DNA from: Orbicella franksi
Taxonomy: Eukaryota
Assembly (NCBI GenBank): GCA_964199315.1
Contig: OZ116700.1
Location: 15,810,001 to 15,874,000 of the forward strand
Length of the DNA: 64,000 nt
Direction: 5' to 3'
Made by a program: the position numbers and the translations under genes. Under the pieces are notes generated by a model. It made no database searches and was not told the origin of the DNA. It saw nothing but the letters and a program-made list of their open reading frames with translations. This document shows, piece after piece, positions 50,064 through 63,254 of the stretch (within the stretch, counting starts at the first letter, position 1; each line of letters opens with the position of its first letter).

Positions 50064-52167
50064 TAGGCAAAAATGTCAAATCGCCCTGGGTATGCCCGGC
50101 CCCCCTACCCTGGAGCTTACCATTGACTAGTGATGGTAAATGCCGAACATCGGCATGGAAATCCAACCTGCAAACAATGCACTTTATACACGGTTAAAGT
50201 CCCGGGGAGGTAGGCACTGCCATATGTGTGCTATATAGGTATGTGCCGCTGTGAAGGGTATGTTTTTCGAGCAGTTTACTGTAGGATAGGGTATAAAAAT
50301 CAGAGCGTTTGGGTCTGGAATAGGGTATAATTTTCCCCAAAACTGACTAGTTGGTTGAAGATTTTATCTAGACTAAGGAAACTGGGAATTGCTGCTCAAA
50401 AATATAAAAAAATCAAATCGGCAAGTTTAAATTTACGCAAACCAGCTTCGACAGTGTCAATAGATGGGGTATTTGGGAAGTTCACTCTAGTATTGGGTAG
50501 CAAAATTCAGCTGAACTAACTCTGGTACAGGCTAAGGGTTCCAGGGCCCCAGCGGCACATCCCCACCCAGAATTTCCCAAAGTACCCCCCCCCCAGGCCC
50601 GGGGGGTTAAAATATATACATTTCACTTTTCTGGCGTCAGTTCTTTACGTGCAAACCACCATGTTTTCATTTAAAGGGCGGATGTTGAAAGTGGGAAAAA
50701 CATGATCACTCGGTGACGGTTACCATTTGTGTCCCTGTAATGTCTGAAAAGGAAAAGAAAGAAGAGAAATCTTTGTAGTTAAGTAGCTCTATCAAATCTT
50801 GTCTGTAAGCCCTATGTTGGGATAAATAGTGACATCTACATCGTCGTTTTATCTTACTGCTTTTTTTTGCCGGGGATTGTGGGGGGGGGAGGAGGATAGT
50901 CTCTCCCAACCCGCTTCTTACCATTTCTGGTGTCATCACAGTGTAACTGGCCACCTCTTGTCAAGACCAAAAATTATCTTATTTGCTAATTTATTGGATT
51001 ATTTCTGGAAACCGTTATGTTGGTACTTGAAGGTTTAGTTTTGAGTCTAAACTAAACTCGTCCAATGTTCATTCTAGAGTGCATCTGCAAATCAAGCAAC
51101 AGAAGCAGCCACCCTTCTATGAAGGGCTTTCGAAGTGTTGAGTGCAGCTCCCTCTACTTCTGCCTCAAGCACGACGTCTGCTTGTAGTCCATCTTCTGGT
51201 ACTCCTACTACTACAACAACAACCGGAAGCTCAGCTATTATCCAGGAGCACCGTTGGCTTTTTAACTGGCAAATGGTATGCAAGTCTTTTTTTAAATAAG
51301 TAACTGAAGAAAAATTGTAAACCTCTTCGTTGTTTCATGGAAATTTCAGTTTTTAGCGCTTTCCAAACTAATAACGTTGTTTTACGTTATGTAAAGAACT
51401 CTCCGATACTTCATAATTCTCTTATTCCTGTGGAAATGGTTTTTCCTGAAACACGGAGTACGGAAAACCTTACTTGTTTTGGTATGAGACATCAGCCTGG
51501 CATCAACGACATGCAATATTTTTGCCATATTTCTCTAGAGAATGCAGCCATACAGTGCTAGTCGGCCCACGGGAGTAAGGGGACAGCGTGGCAGGGGCTC
51601 TGTACAGAAAGGTAAATCAGCAAATGTGCCTATGGACAAATGCATTTGTTCTTTTTACTCTAATAGTAACCGTGTCGATATAATTGACTGCTTATGTCAA
51701 TTATCACAATGAAGTACCCCCATCCCATTTTCTCTCGGTGACAATGCTCGCGGGTAATACAGTAAACACCCGCATATAAGAACACATGGATTAAGAACAT
51801 CAGGCTGAAATTTGGCAAATAAAGCACCACTTTTTTAAGAACAATATCAGCCTGGAAAAAAAAATAATGTTCTTATAAAATGGGAAGGGTGTCAAAATTA
51901 CACAAATTACCATAAACACACCTGCTGACCAATGGTATTAGCTAAGTTTTGGGCACCTTTGTTCTCTTCAGAATATCTAATATCATGAATTACATTTTTT
52001 GCCTTTACAATACTATAAACTACTGTATTGATAGAGAAAAACATAAGATTTTATAGCTGTATCAAGGTCAATCACAGTTGTAGTTGATCAAAGCTTGCAA
52101 ATACTTGTCCAGTCTTTTGTTGCCCATTATGTCATTCAAATTTATTGAAAATAACTGAAGTTCAAAC

Positions 52168-52575
52168 TCAACACTTCTGTATCTTGCTCAGCTTCCATTG
52201 GTAATCGAACTCAATGTCCTTTTTCTGTAATTTCTTGAGAAGTTTCTTGAGATATCGAGCATTCCCAACTAGTCTAAAGTCTACTGGTAGCTCTAGTCCT
52301 TTTCCTCGCCCTTTGTTTATTCTACTTCCAATGCATTCTGCTTCAATTTTGCCATACTCTGATAGAAATTTGAAGAAGAATTTAGAAAGCTCAACAGGGA
52401 CATGACCAACAATCCTGTCGTCCTCATTTTTTACCACAACTGCATACTTGCTGTGGCGATTATTGGTCTCCATTTCGCATATAAGAATCTCTCCAATGTA
52501 GACTGCGGTGTCCTTGAAATAAGCATGATAACCCCTTGTGCTTGCCTCTAAATATAGTTCATATTCATTTGTCAT
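52168..52575 (-). CDS. HIRAN-domain protein (135 aa, intact) inside the pogo element
   Basis: RGYHAY..GEILICEME.NN....YAVVV......VGHVP..LSK....FL...G.I.A...G.R....GLELPV matches the HIRAN pattern. Confidence 0.8.
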   Translation of the reverse strand: MTNEYELYLEASTRGYHAYFKDTAVYIGEILICEMETNNRHSKYAVVVKNEDDRIVGHVPVELSKFFFKFLSEYGKIEAECIGSRINKGRGKGLELPVDFRLVGNARYLKKLLKKLQKKDIEFDYQWKLSKIQKC

Positions 52576-52799
52576 TATTCTAATGTGTGTGGGTTTATCC
52601 TTAAAAATCTGTCAAGGTTTTTCACGAATTCCAAGATGGTTCCTCACTCGCACAACCTGGCAGTGCTCGAAGTGGTTCCCGGGTAATATAACAAAGGAAA
52701 CCGCTGGCCAATGCAGAGGTGCACAAAGTGTTCTTCCTCGTGTGTTGAACTTCACTGTTTGGAATTTTTATGAGCTGAATATATTAAGCTAAAACAAAG

Positions 52800-54509
52800 A
52801 TGAATTGGACTTTATTCAATTGTGGCGTTCGAAAAAAAGTAGAATTGAAGAATGGTTGTATGCTTGACATCACGCCAACGATGGAAAAGACAGCTGAGAT
52901 ATCTAAAAGCGCTGAAGTAAAATGCAACGTCTGTGGTAAATCATTCAGAGGTCAACAATACCTTGACAGCCACATGAAATTCAAACACCCAATGACCGAG
53001 AACTCACACGAGGGTTCAAAGCAAGAGAATATGTTCGCCAATCGAAAGGAAGCAGATGCCCATTGCTCATTGCCTGAGGCTAGCCAGTCAGGAAGTAATG
53101 ATCCCATTGTTCTAGACAGTAACGAAGTCGAAAGTCTTGGAAACAAGAGAAGGGGAAGTAAGAAGCGAAAATTGTACACAGTTGAATTCAAAAAGAAAAC
53201 CCTGGATCTTTTTGATTCTTTGAAATCATCAAAACATAGATACAACATCGTCTCAAAAGAGAAAGGAGTTCATCGATCTTTGATTCAAAAGTGGAACAAA
53301 AACAGAAACCAAATTCTGAAGGAACTAGAACTAAATAAAAAGGGAAAAAATTCTGGGAATATAAGAGATGCAAGGCAGAGAAGAAAAATTGTGGCTGGGC
53401 GATCGAAGCAGAGTGAGAGGTATCCACTTGCAGCTAATCTATTGATTGCTGAATTCAAAGTTCGTAGAGCAGCTGGATGCAAGATTACAAAACTGTGGTT
53501 CAGGAAAAAGATGAAGGCAAAAATTGAGATGACTTATGGGAAAAAGGAGGCTGAAAGTTTCAAAGGAAGCTCTAACTGGTTCCAAAGGTTTAAAAAAAGG
53601 CACGATATAGTACTGAGAAGAAGAACAAACAAGAAGAAAAACTCTGCTGATGATGGTAGGTTAACCATCCAGAAGTTCCATCAAAATTTGAGGAAATCCC
53701 TGAAAACACAGAGGAGGCGGAACAGATCAACTATGACTGACCCCAAATATGGCAGGTGGACTCCTGAAAACAGGTACAATGTGGACCAGGTTCCTCTTCC
53801 ATTCGTGGTGGACTAAGGGACTACCTATGACTCACGTGGCAATAAACAAGTCTGGGTTGCACAACCATCATCAGGTCTGGATAAAAGGCAAGCCACTTTG
53901 CAACTTTGCATAAGAGGTGAAGGAGAACAGAATGTAAAGCCTTCCCTTGTGTTTAGAGGGAAAGGGAATGTTAGTTCTCAAGAGAAAGAACAATATGATA
54001 AAAGAGTTGATGTGTATTTCCAGCAAAATGCCTGGATGGATGAGGTGACAAATATGCAATGGTGCAAGAAAACACTCATTCCTGGGGTTGGAAAAACTGA
54101 CCAGGAAAAGGTGTTATTTGCAGACAACGTGTCCTTCCAACAAACCAAAGAGTTCCACGAGACATGTAGGAATGAAATCAGTACTTCTGTGTACATGCTA
54201 CCAGAAAACCATACTGATAAAATTCAGCCAATTGATGCAAGATGTGGAAGGATGATGAAAGTGAAAATTGCTGCTGCAATGGACAGGTGGTTGGAGATAG
54301 ATGACAATCTTGAAAAATGGCATGATAGACTTTCTGCAAAGGACAGGCGAATACTTATGACTCAATGGACTGGGGAAGCCTGGAGTGAACTAAAAGAAAG
54401 CAAAGACTTTCTAAGATGGCTTTTTGAAAAGACCGGCTGCCTAATGACAACTGATGGCTCAGGAGACAAGAAAATCTCTCCCCAGGGCTTGGATGAATAC
54501 AGTTTTTAA
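52800..54509 (+). pseudogene. pogo transposase (C2H2 finger, HTH, CENP-B HTH, DDE_1; DD36D) with a single nonsense codon
   Basis: CNVCGKSF..YLDSHMKFKH; KRKLYTVEFKKK; FKGSSNWFQRFKKRH; catalytic YNVD, LFADN, QPID (36 residues between the 2nd and 3rd D). TAA at 53814-53816 is in frame with both flanking ORFs. Confidence 0.9.
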
Positions 54510-56194
54510 GATGCACAGCTGGCTTTTGGGTTACAGATCTACAAACAATAACAAGAGTACAAACCCTTAATGTTATTGTTTTGCTGATGTACATGTCAAC
54601 ACAGTAGTAAATCAGACTTTCAGATTTGCAGATGTACAGTGGACCTCTACTTTAGGCATTTCAAGGGTGGGGCAGCATATGGATCTGCCACAGAACTATA
54701 CATACACCCTTCTTGTTACTGTTTTGTTACATTACTGATTACAGTAGACCTACTTGAACATTAGGTTTTTAATTATTGTTCCATCAATTTATGTAATTGT
54801 CCAAAAACATGATTAAAATTTCTAGCAACATTTTTTATGCTGTACAGCACTGAATTTAAAAAAATTTAAGAACATTTAAGAACATCCTGAGGCTGATTTT
54901 TCACTAAGCATCCGATAAATAAGAACACAATCAGTCCGACCTCTGAAATTGTGTGTTCTTATATGTGGGTGTTTACTGTATTACAAGCCTGAAACTGAAC
55001 TTAAGTATGTCATTTCCTTTCTCTTTCAGAACGAACTATCATAGGAACTTTCGTTTGTCTTTCTGATAGAGAGCAGGATACAGTTCCCTCTACAGCCCAA
55101 AAGCTACGCCTTAAAGGCAACGGATTGGGGGAAAAGAAAATTCTTCTTCCCATTACCGCTGACGCAGAAAGCGTGAAGTCAGTTTTGTACGAGTAAGTGC
55201 CGGTTCTGTGTTTGTGCATCTCGCTCGTATTATACTCGTTAATTTAATGTGAATTTTATGAAGCTAAAATAGTTAGAAAATCTGTGCACTTCTTAAGACT
55301 GAGAGCTTCCATAAAGTGAGTACGTAAATTGATTCAGAGTCAACACACAAGAAAGAGATATGTGCACAAAGCTAGCGTTGGCAACTTGGGGGCTGGCTGG
55401 TTGAATCCACATCCATTTTCACGATGATTGTAAGCACAGTTTGTGCTACTAAACGTGTCACCTATGTACTTAGACAATACCTTGAAGAAATTGTCAAGAC
55501 CTGCGCAAAGGTTGTACATGTACTTGAGCGTTCTAGCAGTGTGTTGGTTTCGCAAACAGTCAGCACTTCCTTTTTCCTTTTGTTTCAGAGCATTCACACC
55601 TTTAAAATTCTGTGGGGGGTTTGAACTTCTCACCATGAAAGAGAAGTCTCGCACGGAACTAAGTATCGTATCATACGGAAGTTGCAGTACAGAAGAGATG
55701 TGTTGCTTTGGCACTGGCCGTATTTACATTACGCCAGCGCAGATTGACATTACTTTAGACGATAGCAATCTGGATTGGGGAGATCAATATGAGGACTGCA
55801 TGATATGCAAGATGCCCGTTGCCATGTCAACAATGCGCCGCCATATGGAGACATGCGGAAATGAGGTTATGTGATGACATATCTTCAATACTGAAAGTGT
55901 GATAAATCCTCCACTGAATGCGACATATGCACTCCTTCCTTTACGTAAATATATATTCTCACTCTCCAGGATGATTATGATGATCTCCCGCCAATGCTGG
56001 ATACCCAAGATCAGGGAAGGGCTAACACCAGGTGAGACTAAGATTGATGGAGTTATTGAGGACAACTTGATCACTGTGTCATTGAATTGGTACCCTGTGC
56101 TCCATATATTCTTATCTTCTTATCTGTTTTAACTCACCTCTGTGTCAAAAGAAAAACAACAAATGTAACAAACAATTCTTTATTCAATATCAAA

Positions 56195-56880
56195 AATGCC
56201 TTTTCCAGTCATAGTGGTAGTCCAGCGGTTGTTCCCGTAGAAGACGGCACCTTGGAAGAGGCTGAGCAGTAGGTCTCTATCTACTTAATTGAAAAACAAG
56301 GCAGCACGTGCAAGCATTATTACCTTAATTCAGTCGTTCATTCGTTTGTTCATTCATTCGTTCATCCATCCGTTCATCCACCCATCCATGCTGCTTCGTG
56401 CGCTAGTTAGTTTATTATTTCATTTATTTCTATTTGTTTGTTTGTTTCTTTATTTCTTTCCTTAATATTGAATGCCTTTTTCAGTCATAGTGGTAGTCCC
56501 AGAATTGTTCTTGTAGAAGATGGCACCTCGGACGGGGCTGAGCGGTAGGTCTCTCTATACTGAATTGAAAAACAAGGCAGCGCATGAAATCATTATTACT
56601 GTAATTCAGTCGTTCATTCGTTCGTTCATTCATTCATTCGTTTTTTCATTCGTTCATTCATTCGTTCATCCATCCCTTTATCCGTTCATCCACCCATCCA
56701 TGCATTCGTGCGTTAGTTCGTTTATGTTATTAGTTAGTTAGTTTGTTTATTTAATATTGAATGCCTTTTTCAGTGATAGTGGTAGTCCCGCGGTTGTTCC
56801 CGTAGAAGACGACACCTCTAAAGGGGCTGAGCGGTAGGTCTATCTCTTTATTGAATTGAAAAACAAGGCAACGATCAATA
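56195..56880 (+). repeat. Three-copy ~280-bp tandem duplication with (ttca)n microsatellites
   Basis: aatgcctttt..cagtcatagtggtagtcc..gttgttcccgtagaaga..gctgagc.gtaggtct..aattgaaaaacaaggca at about 56196, 56471 and 56760. Confidence 0.85.
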
Positions 56881-59800
56881 ACAAAATAAATAAGTGCTTT
56901 GTTACCACAGGAAAACATTAGCAAGGGCACGGCCTTTTTTCAAATTTAAGAGATGGAAATCAAGAAGAAACTATGCGCATTTCTACAGATTCAGGCAAAG
57001 GGCAAGTTTAAATTTATCTTGTAAATTTAGTTTTCTCAATATATTTTCAGTTCACATACCCTTGCAAGTCAAGTGGAATGACAAATGAGAACGGCTCCTT
57101 TATCAGAGAATTTTCATTATCTTTAACAGAGAGGAAATGCCATTCGAACAACATAGAAGGAAGGCGCTCGAGGAGACTCTAGCATCAATGTAAGAGCAAA
57201 TACATGGAATCATGGGATGTTGACTTAGAGTTGCCTCTTTTCCTTTAGAGGGGCTGTTAGGAGGCAATATTTATGGTTGGTCATTTCAGACCGCGTGATG
57301 TTGTAAAGGGAGTTCCTCCTTATTGTTTCTATGAAATATTTTTTTCATGTACACGTGGGCAGTGCCGAAGGTGATAGAAACAGTTCGCTAGAGTAACACC
57401 ATGTAGTCTGATATGGGTACAGACGGTCCAAAGCCAAAACGTGTAGGAGAATGCGTGTGGTGTTAAGGTTAGGATAGCAGTTAAGATAAACAAAAAAAGT
57501 GTTCCTTAATATAGAGAGATCACATCTAGTCCCAGTTATACACAGAAACTGAGGACAGGTATACAGGGAGGACAACAGTTAGAACCGGTAATTTTTGGTG
57601 CGGGACATATGAAATAGATAGACAAAACTCAAAGGTAAAGAGGAATCCTTTCGGTTTGGTGTGGAGATCACTCAATGAAAAGTGATCCTATTGAAGTACT
57701 TGTTGCAAGAGATTTGTGGTATAAGCACAGGAACACTGGGAACCGTATTAATAAAGCTATTGCGTGATCTTGAGATTAACTACATGTGTATTATTTCACA
57801 AATAAGGTCCACCTGCAGCAAACCGGTGAAAGTACTCAAAGAGTACAGGGCCTATTTTGTCAGAGGAAGACCTCTCGATCTTGAAAGGGAAGACACCCCG
57901 TGCGAAGGAAAGACAATTGAGATCTTCGTGTCACGAATATTTACAAATATGCTATGGCGGAACTTGTCACAGAGCCTCCCATAGAGGATATCAGTTTCCC
58001 GTTAGAAGTGACATTTATTGGCGAGGAGGCTGCCAATTACGGAGGACCTCGCAAAGAATTTTTGGGGGCTGTCACAAGAGAAGTTCGTGAACAACTCTTC
58101 CAAGAATCCGGAAGTCAAGATGGAGAGTACGAACTGACGAACGATGTGGCACCCTTAAGACAGCACTATTATTATGGAGCTGGTCCAATATTCGGTAAAT
58201 ACGAATGACTATGACATGTATGATTTTTTACTAGTATTTGCATATTTTTTGAGTTGTATTCAATGTCTCAGGCTAGAAATATATATGAGCTGGGGAACTG
58301 AAAGATCTAAAAGTGTCAAACTACAAAAGTAGATAAATTTTCAAGTCGCAGCTGCCAAGGAATAAAGAAACCATTAACTAAGCCTTATTTTTCGCATTTT
58401 GTCCTATGATTGTTCATCAGTTAAATTACTAAAAACATATCAAAACCACATAAGTGTTGACTGAATGTTCTCTTCACTTCCAGGGTTCAGTATGCTACAG
58501 GGTGGACCGTTGCCCTGTTTTCTAAGAGGAACAGCTCCAAACACTTCTTAACGGACAGTACGCTTCGCTAAGAGAGTCGGAAAGACAGTTCCAATCAGGA
58601 CTGGCAAAATTTGGCCTAATTGAGGTACATATATTTAACCTTATAAAACTCAACATTGTTATGTACATATATTCATAACAAATTGTCACGACGTATTAAA
58701 CGTCAACGAAGGGTATTTCTTTATGTGGTAGGTTGTAAGGTTGACAAGCTCATTCACTACTGTAGCTACAAAGATTTGCGCTAACTCAAGGACAAAGACC
58801 TCCAGAAAATTTGTTACGTACACATGTCAACTTCTTGGGAAGTTTGATATCATGATTTTAGCTTTCCTTCAAAATATAGAAGTTTTTTTTAGTTTGATCA
58901 GCTGTATATGTAAACTCGGTAACATGCATAATTTCCACTTGGTTAAAGCTGGTCAATAGAAAACCATGCCTCATATTTCTGCTGAGGAAAACTGCAGTGC
59001 GGCCTTTGATGTACCCCCATGTTGTCAAACTGCTTCATGCGCGTTTCTCTGTAGAAGGCAGTAACAGCCGGGCAGAGGAAGAGAAAGTATACAGAACCTT
59101 CATAAATTATCTAAAGGAAGTTTCAGGTAAGTAGACGATGTCACATGTAAATGGCAGAGTGTGAAAATAATAATCGCTTATTATACTCACTATATAACTC
59201 CTAGACCTTGATATTTTTGGTTTGCATGTGACGTCGTGGCGGTCATGTTGGTGGTCCTCTGGGAATTAAACTTTATATTTATGCAAATATCTCGAAAAAA
59301 AAGGATTGTATTGACCATCAACATGGGTGCCTTGCCAGGTAATAGGCATGAAATTATGAAATGAACCAGAGCGTTCACGAGAAAATTTAATACTTCGATA
59401 AAACCGACAATGGACCTCTTGTTCATAGACAGTTAATCCATTTTTTCTTTATTAATGCCCAGGAAACAGGTCTCAGACAAGGGAGCACCCGAGGGTATGG
59501 TCCTGATGGTAGAAAGAGGATGCGTAATAAACTGTATTGTACCTGTATACAAGTGGGCTTAAGGATTTGTGGCAAATGAAATCATAACAAAGGTCTAAAA
59601 CACTTTAATTTGCATTACAGCTGGAAGAAGAGGATCTGTTACATTGGGAAAAGTGATGAAGTTTGTAACTGGCAGTGAAGCAGAACCTGTATTGGGATAT
59701 GGAATAAATCCCCATATTGTCTTCACTCCTTATGCGATATCATGCCTGCCAACAAGTAACACGTGCACAAACAAGCTCACTTTGCCTGTTGGAGACAAGG

Positions 59801-60100
59801 TGCCCCAAAGTCCCGAGAAAAGTTGAGTTCTTTGATTATGCATTTAATTCCGACTTTTTGGGTAGCATTTAATTCTTGTGTAAATGGTACTTAATAGACC
59901 CACGCAAGTGCAATCCATTATCAGAAAATTGTCGGTAACATGGTCCTTGTTGACCTTTCAGTGCGGTTTGCTGCTTACACTTAAGTGACCTGTTTGCGGT
60001 CCATTAATAACAGCAATAGAGAAATCAATAAAGATAACATGAAACGATACAAATAACTGGCTTTGTGTCCATACGATAAAACGGCATGGTAACTGCTTGC

Positions 60101-62817
60101 TTAGGTTTTAAGCTGATTAATAATGTCTATCGCTTGAAGATAGGGTGCTATATCCCAGTTGTCTTCTCCCTGAACGCCTGACATTCTCTCTTTAAAACTT
60201 AGCAAGGAATTGGAGTCCAGTGGACACACAGTTTGAGGGACAACACCTTCCTCTTCACTTTCCTCCGGAAGTGTCCCCAAAGGGTCTACTCCATACGTGG
60301 AAACATCGCTCTGAAAAAGATTTGCGTGGTGTTTGTTTACTGAGTTAGTAACATTTACCAAGATAAGTGCGTTTAAATCATTTTGCAAAATGTTCGAAGA
60401 GTTCAGCGCGCCACGATTGGTAAAATGCATTATATCTCCAATAGAGCACGTGCCCTACTTCACATGCATTATTAAAGTAATATTAAAACGCTCCAAGTGT
60501 ATTGTTGAGGGAATGCACTTGCGCGAAGCACTTCTCTCTTTCGTGTTCTTAGACATTCCCGCATGCTTGTATATCCCAACAATGCACTCGGCACGTTTTT
60601 TGCTAATTTTATTTCATCCATTTTCACTAAATATCAAAAATAACGCCTGTGGCAAAGACTAGAAAGGAACCTAAAAACCATATGTGCTAGTCCACCAAGA
60701 CTTACTAAAGTATTTACAGCTTTCAACTTTTTATTTCAGTTATTCTTAATAACTGAAAAATAATTCGTTAATGCCAATGAGAAATGAAAATAATTTTTGG
60801 CCATGCAGTGTATTTCTTCACGCAAACTGGATTTAGAGTACCACCCAGATTTGTCGATGTCATGTTTAAAAAAAAAAAGATTTCCCCGTAGTGCTAACCT
60901 CATCCAAGATTTCAAAGTATTCCGATGCTAATGTGCCGCCTTCACCCCCTATTTGTTGCATCCCCAAAATAAAGAGCTGCAGGGGGCTCTTGTGACCTGC
61001 GGTGCGTATCTTGTGATTGTTCCAAGAGAGACTGAAATTATTGAGGCAGTTGTTGATAACTGGATTGTATACATACTGAAGGCAAAATAAATGCTCCTCA
61101 TTGTCCGGATCGAGATATCCCCAGCTTTCAAGAAAAACGAAGAGATCTTAAAAGACTGAAAGTACTGTTTGAAACACATCCCTCCAAAGTCGTTCGATGC
61201 GGGCATTGTGGACACTTCTTCCCATTATATAACTTCCTCTGCCAGGTCCTCTTGCACTGTGATTCAGCATGTAATAAGCTACATCTCTGTTTTCGACACC
61301 CATATCGCCTCTTACTCGGAGGGTAGCCCCCATTTGAATACTGCTTCTTCAAATAGTTTCACAACTGTGGCTGACGTGTTGTCTGTGTTACATCTCAAGT
61401 ATACGACCATGCGACTGTAACCATCTATGCAGCCATGAACCACAAATCGCCACCTAGCATGCAAATTAATACAGAATAGTAATGGAATCCAAGGTGCCGT
61501 TCAATTGGTGAAATACAAATGATCAATAAGCAGAGGAAGCAAGAGCCTAGCTACTTCTGGCTGCTAACATTGAAATTACGGGAAGTCATCTCGCAGCACA
61601 TGAAATACTTGTTTTATGGCAGCATGAGCCGCATAATAGAAGTCAATTATTTAGACGAAGAATAGGTACCATATTAGTTTATGATTTCCGTCCATATGCC
61701 ACAGGGCAAGAGGGGAATGGACATTACAAACCCGTCTTCTAATGGGTCTAATGGCTCGTAATCGCCGACCGACAGGGTCTACTCTCTTGACAGCGCTTCT
61801 TAGTCTCGCCCTCTGCACACGTATTCCTTGTGAATGTAGATAGCCCTCTATAGTTTTCAACCCTGTAGATTCAAAAGTAAATTATACCTAGCTAAGTATT
61901 TGTCATTAACAGAAGTGGTAAAGTAGAATGCACAGAAGAGAAACTGTAACCAACAAAGGACGTGATCCTTTTGAGGAAAATTTTCAGGAAATTACAATTT
62001 AAAAATCGGATAACGGCACGATGAAGAGACATAGGACGATGTTCTCTTACGGTGTGTCCTATTTTTACCCTTTCCGTGGGATTTACAGGCCCTGTACTTG
62101 ATGGGGATTACATTTTACATTGCTTTATCTGAATAAGATAAAATAAAATAAAATATTTCTGTATTTAAATATGTTGCGCATGGCTAGTAATCTGCCATTC
62201 GATTTATATTGTAAATAATTATGCATTATGTTTTTACAAGGCTTACCAGACCTAAGTAAGTTAACCATGATATTTTTAACAAAGGAGTCCAGCATGTCAT
62301 CGTCGATATCACTGTGGCGGGACCGGTTGGCAAGTTCATACTCCGCAATCCTGTTTTCAACTGTACGCTTGCTCACACCTAGCATCGCAGCTATCTCTTG
62401 ATGGCTGAAATGATTTTCTGTAGAAAATTAATTTCATGGTCTTTGTCATTGCGTGTAACATAAATGGACTGTAGAAAACATAACTTTTTTTATTTTGTTC
62501 ATTTTGGAATTACCTTTAAAAAACACGAGCTGTTGCTCAGGAATCACAAATTTAGGTCTCCCACGTCCTTCTCCACTCTGAATGGGTGCTTGATACGATG
62601 TGAATGATGTTTCCCCATATGAAGCCGTCGTTAACTGTTGACGAGCCTGATTCATCAAGTCCACAGATTCTAAGGAAATATCCCCATTGAGAAGCGCAGT
62701 TTCAATGAGAGTCTCAAGTCTCATAGCAGTTGGCTCTGACCCACGACCCCGATCTCCTCTTTCGAGATCTTCAATAATTGCCTTCAGCTCTGACGCGAGT
62801 TGTTGTTGGAAATCCAT
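60101..62817 (-). pseudogene. 5-exon IS3/IS481-related integrase-core DDE transposase; join(62817-62514, 62417-62247, 61862-61670, 61453-60899, 60310-60101)
   Basis: GRGRPKF; HTH IAAMLGVSKRTV; PLALWHMDGNHKLI; [12 protein letters not shown]; [10 protein letters not shown]; [16 protein letters not shown]; WNNHKIRT. Frameshift near 61320 and TAA at 61148-61150. Confidence 0.85.
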
Positions 62818-63254
62818 CCCATTATTCTGAGTGTTAAGATTAGAGTATAGGTCAAATTTCAATGAAGAAAATCAAAAGGAGTTGATGGCTTTAAAATTCT
62901 CTTTCCTCCCTGACCAAGCGTTATCCTACCGCGTTCTCTATGGTTTTCTTTATAGCACGAATTGTGATGCAGTTCATATTTATTTTGCAAGTATGGGAGG
63001 GGATGACAGGGGAGGGGGTTGAGCAATCCGCCGTAGGTAAAAAGATGGCAACTGGTACATTTCCCCATAATTGTTAGCGCATGGAAAGTTAAACAGCGCT
63101 CATAAAAAGTCACGGAAACGTTCCAAAACCTTCAAACTTAGAATACACAATCTGGTTAGCAAAGGGAAAATACTGCGAAAATATGGCTTTCATTGTACTT
63201 GACGGAATGTACAGCCGCGATCTTTTCTCCTATACAGGATTACAAAGTTAACAA

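Larger units (their letters stand above)
51760..54978. mobile_element. Complete pogo-superfamily DNA transposon (3219 bp)
   Basis: TIR cagtaaacacccgcatataagaacaca vs revcomp of the right end, 26/27 identical. TA TSD at 51758-59 and 54979-80. Confidence 0.95.
51070..59872 (+). pseudogene. Decayed multi-exon HECT-domain E3 ligase-like gene (G2E3-like annotation class)
   Basis: EHRWLF exon near 51250; GGFELL..GRIYI.P.Q.DI.L; CMIC..MRRHMETC zinc finger (55800-55860); VTFIGEEAANYGGPRKEF (58010-58060); FSVEGSN..EEKVY; FVTGSE..LPTSNTCTNKLTLP (catalytic Cys region). Several stops and frameshifts. Exon boundaries approximate. Confidence 0.75.
50617..63211. mobile_element. Candidate IS3EU-like unit: HECT gene (+) converging on an integrase-core gene (-)
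   Basis: Two convergent multi-exon pseudogenes with stops ~230 bp apart. Tentative TACATT / AATGTA ends at 50617 and 63211, but no TSD, so the boundaries are weak. Confidence 0.45.

Noticed and set aside
8968-62817. Bacterial IS or horizontally acquired prokaryotic DNA (IS1595- and IS3-like enzymes)
   Set aside because: Both genes have spliceosomal introns and sit among eukaryotic repeats, with no operons or ribosome-binding sites.
50611-63217. 6-bp TSD for the IS3EU-like unit
   Set aside because: Flanks aatata and cagccg do not match, so the boundaries remain tentative.
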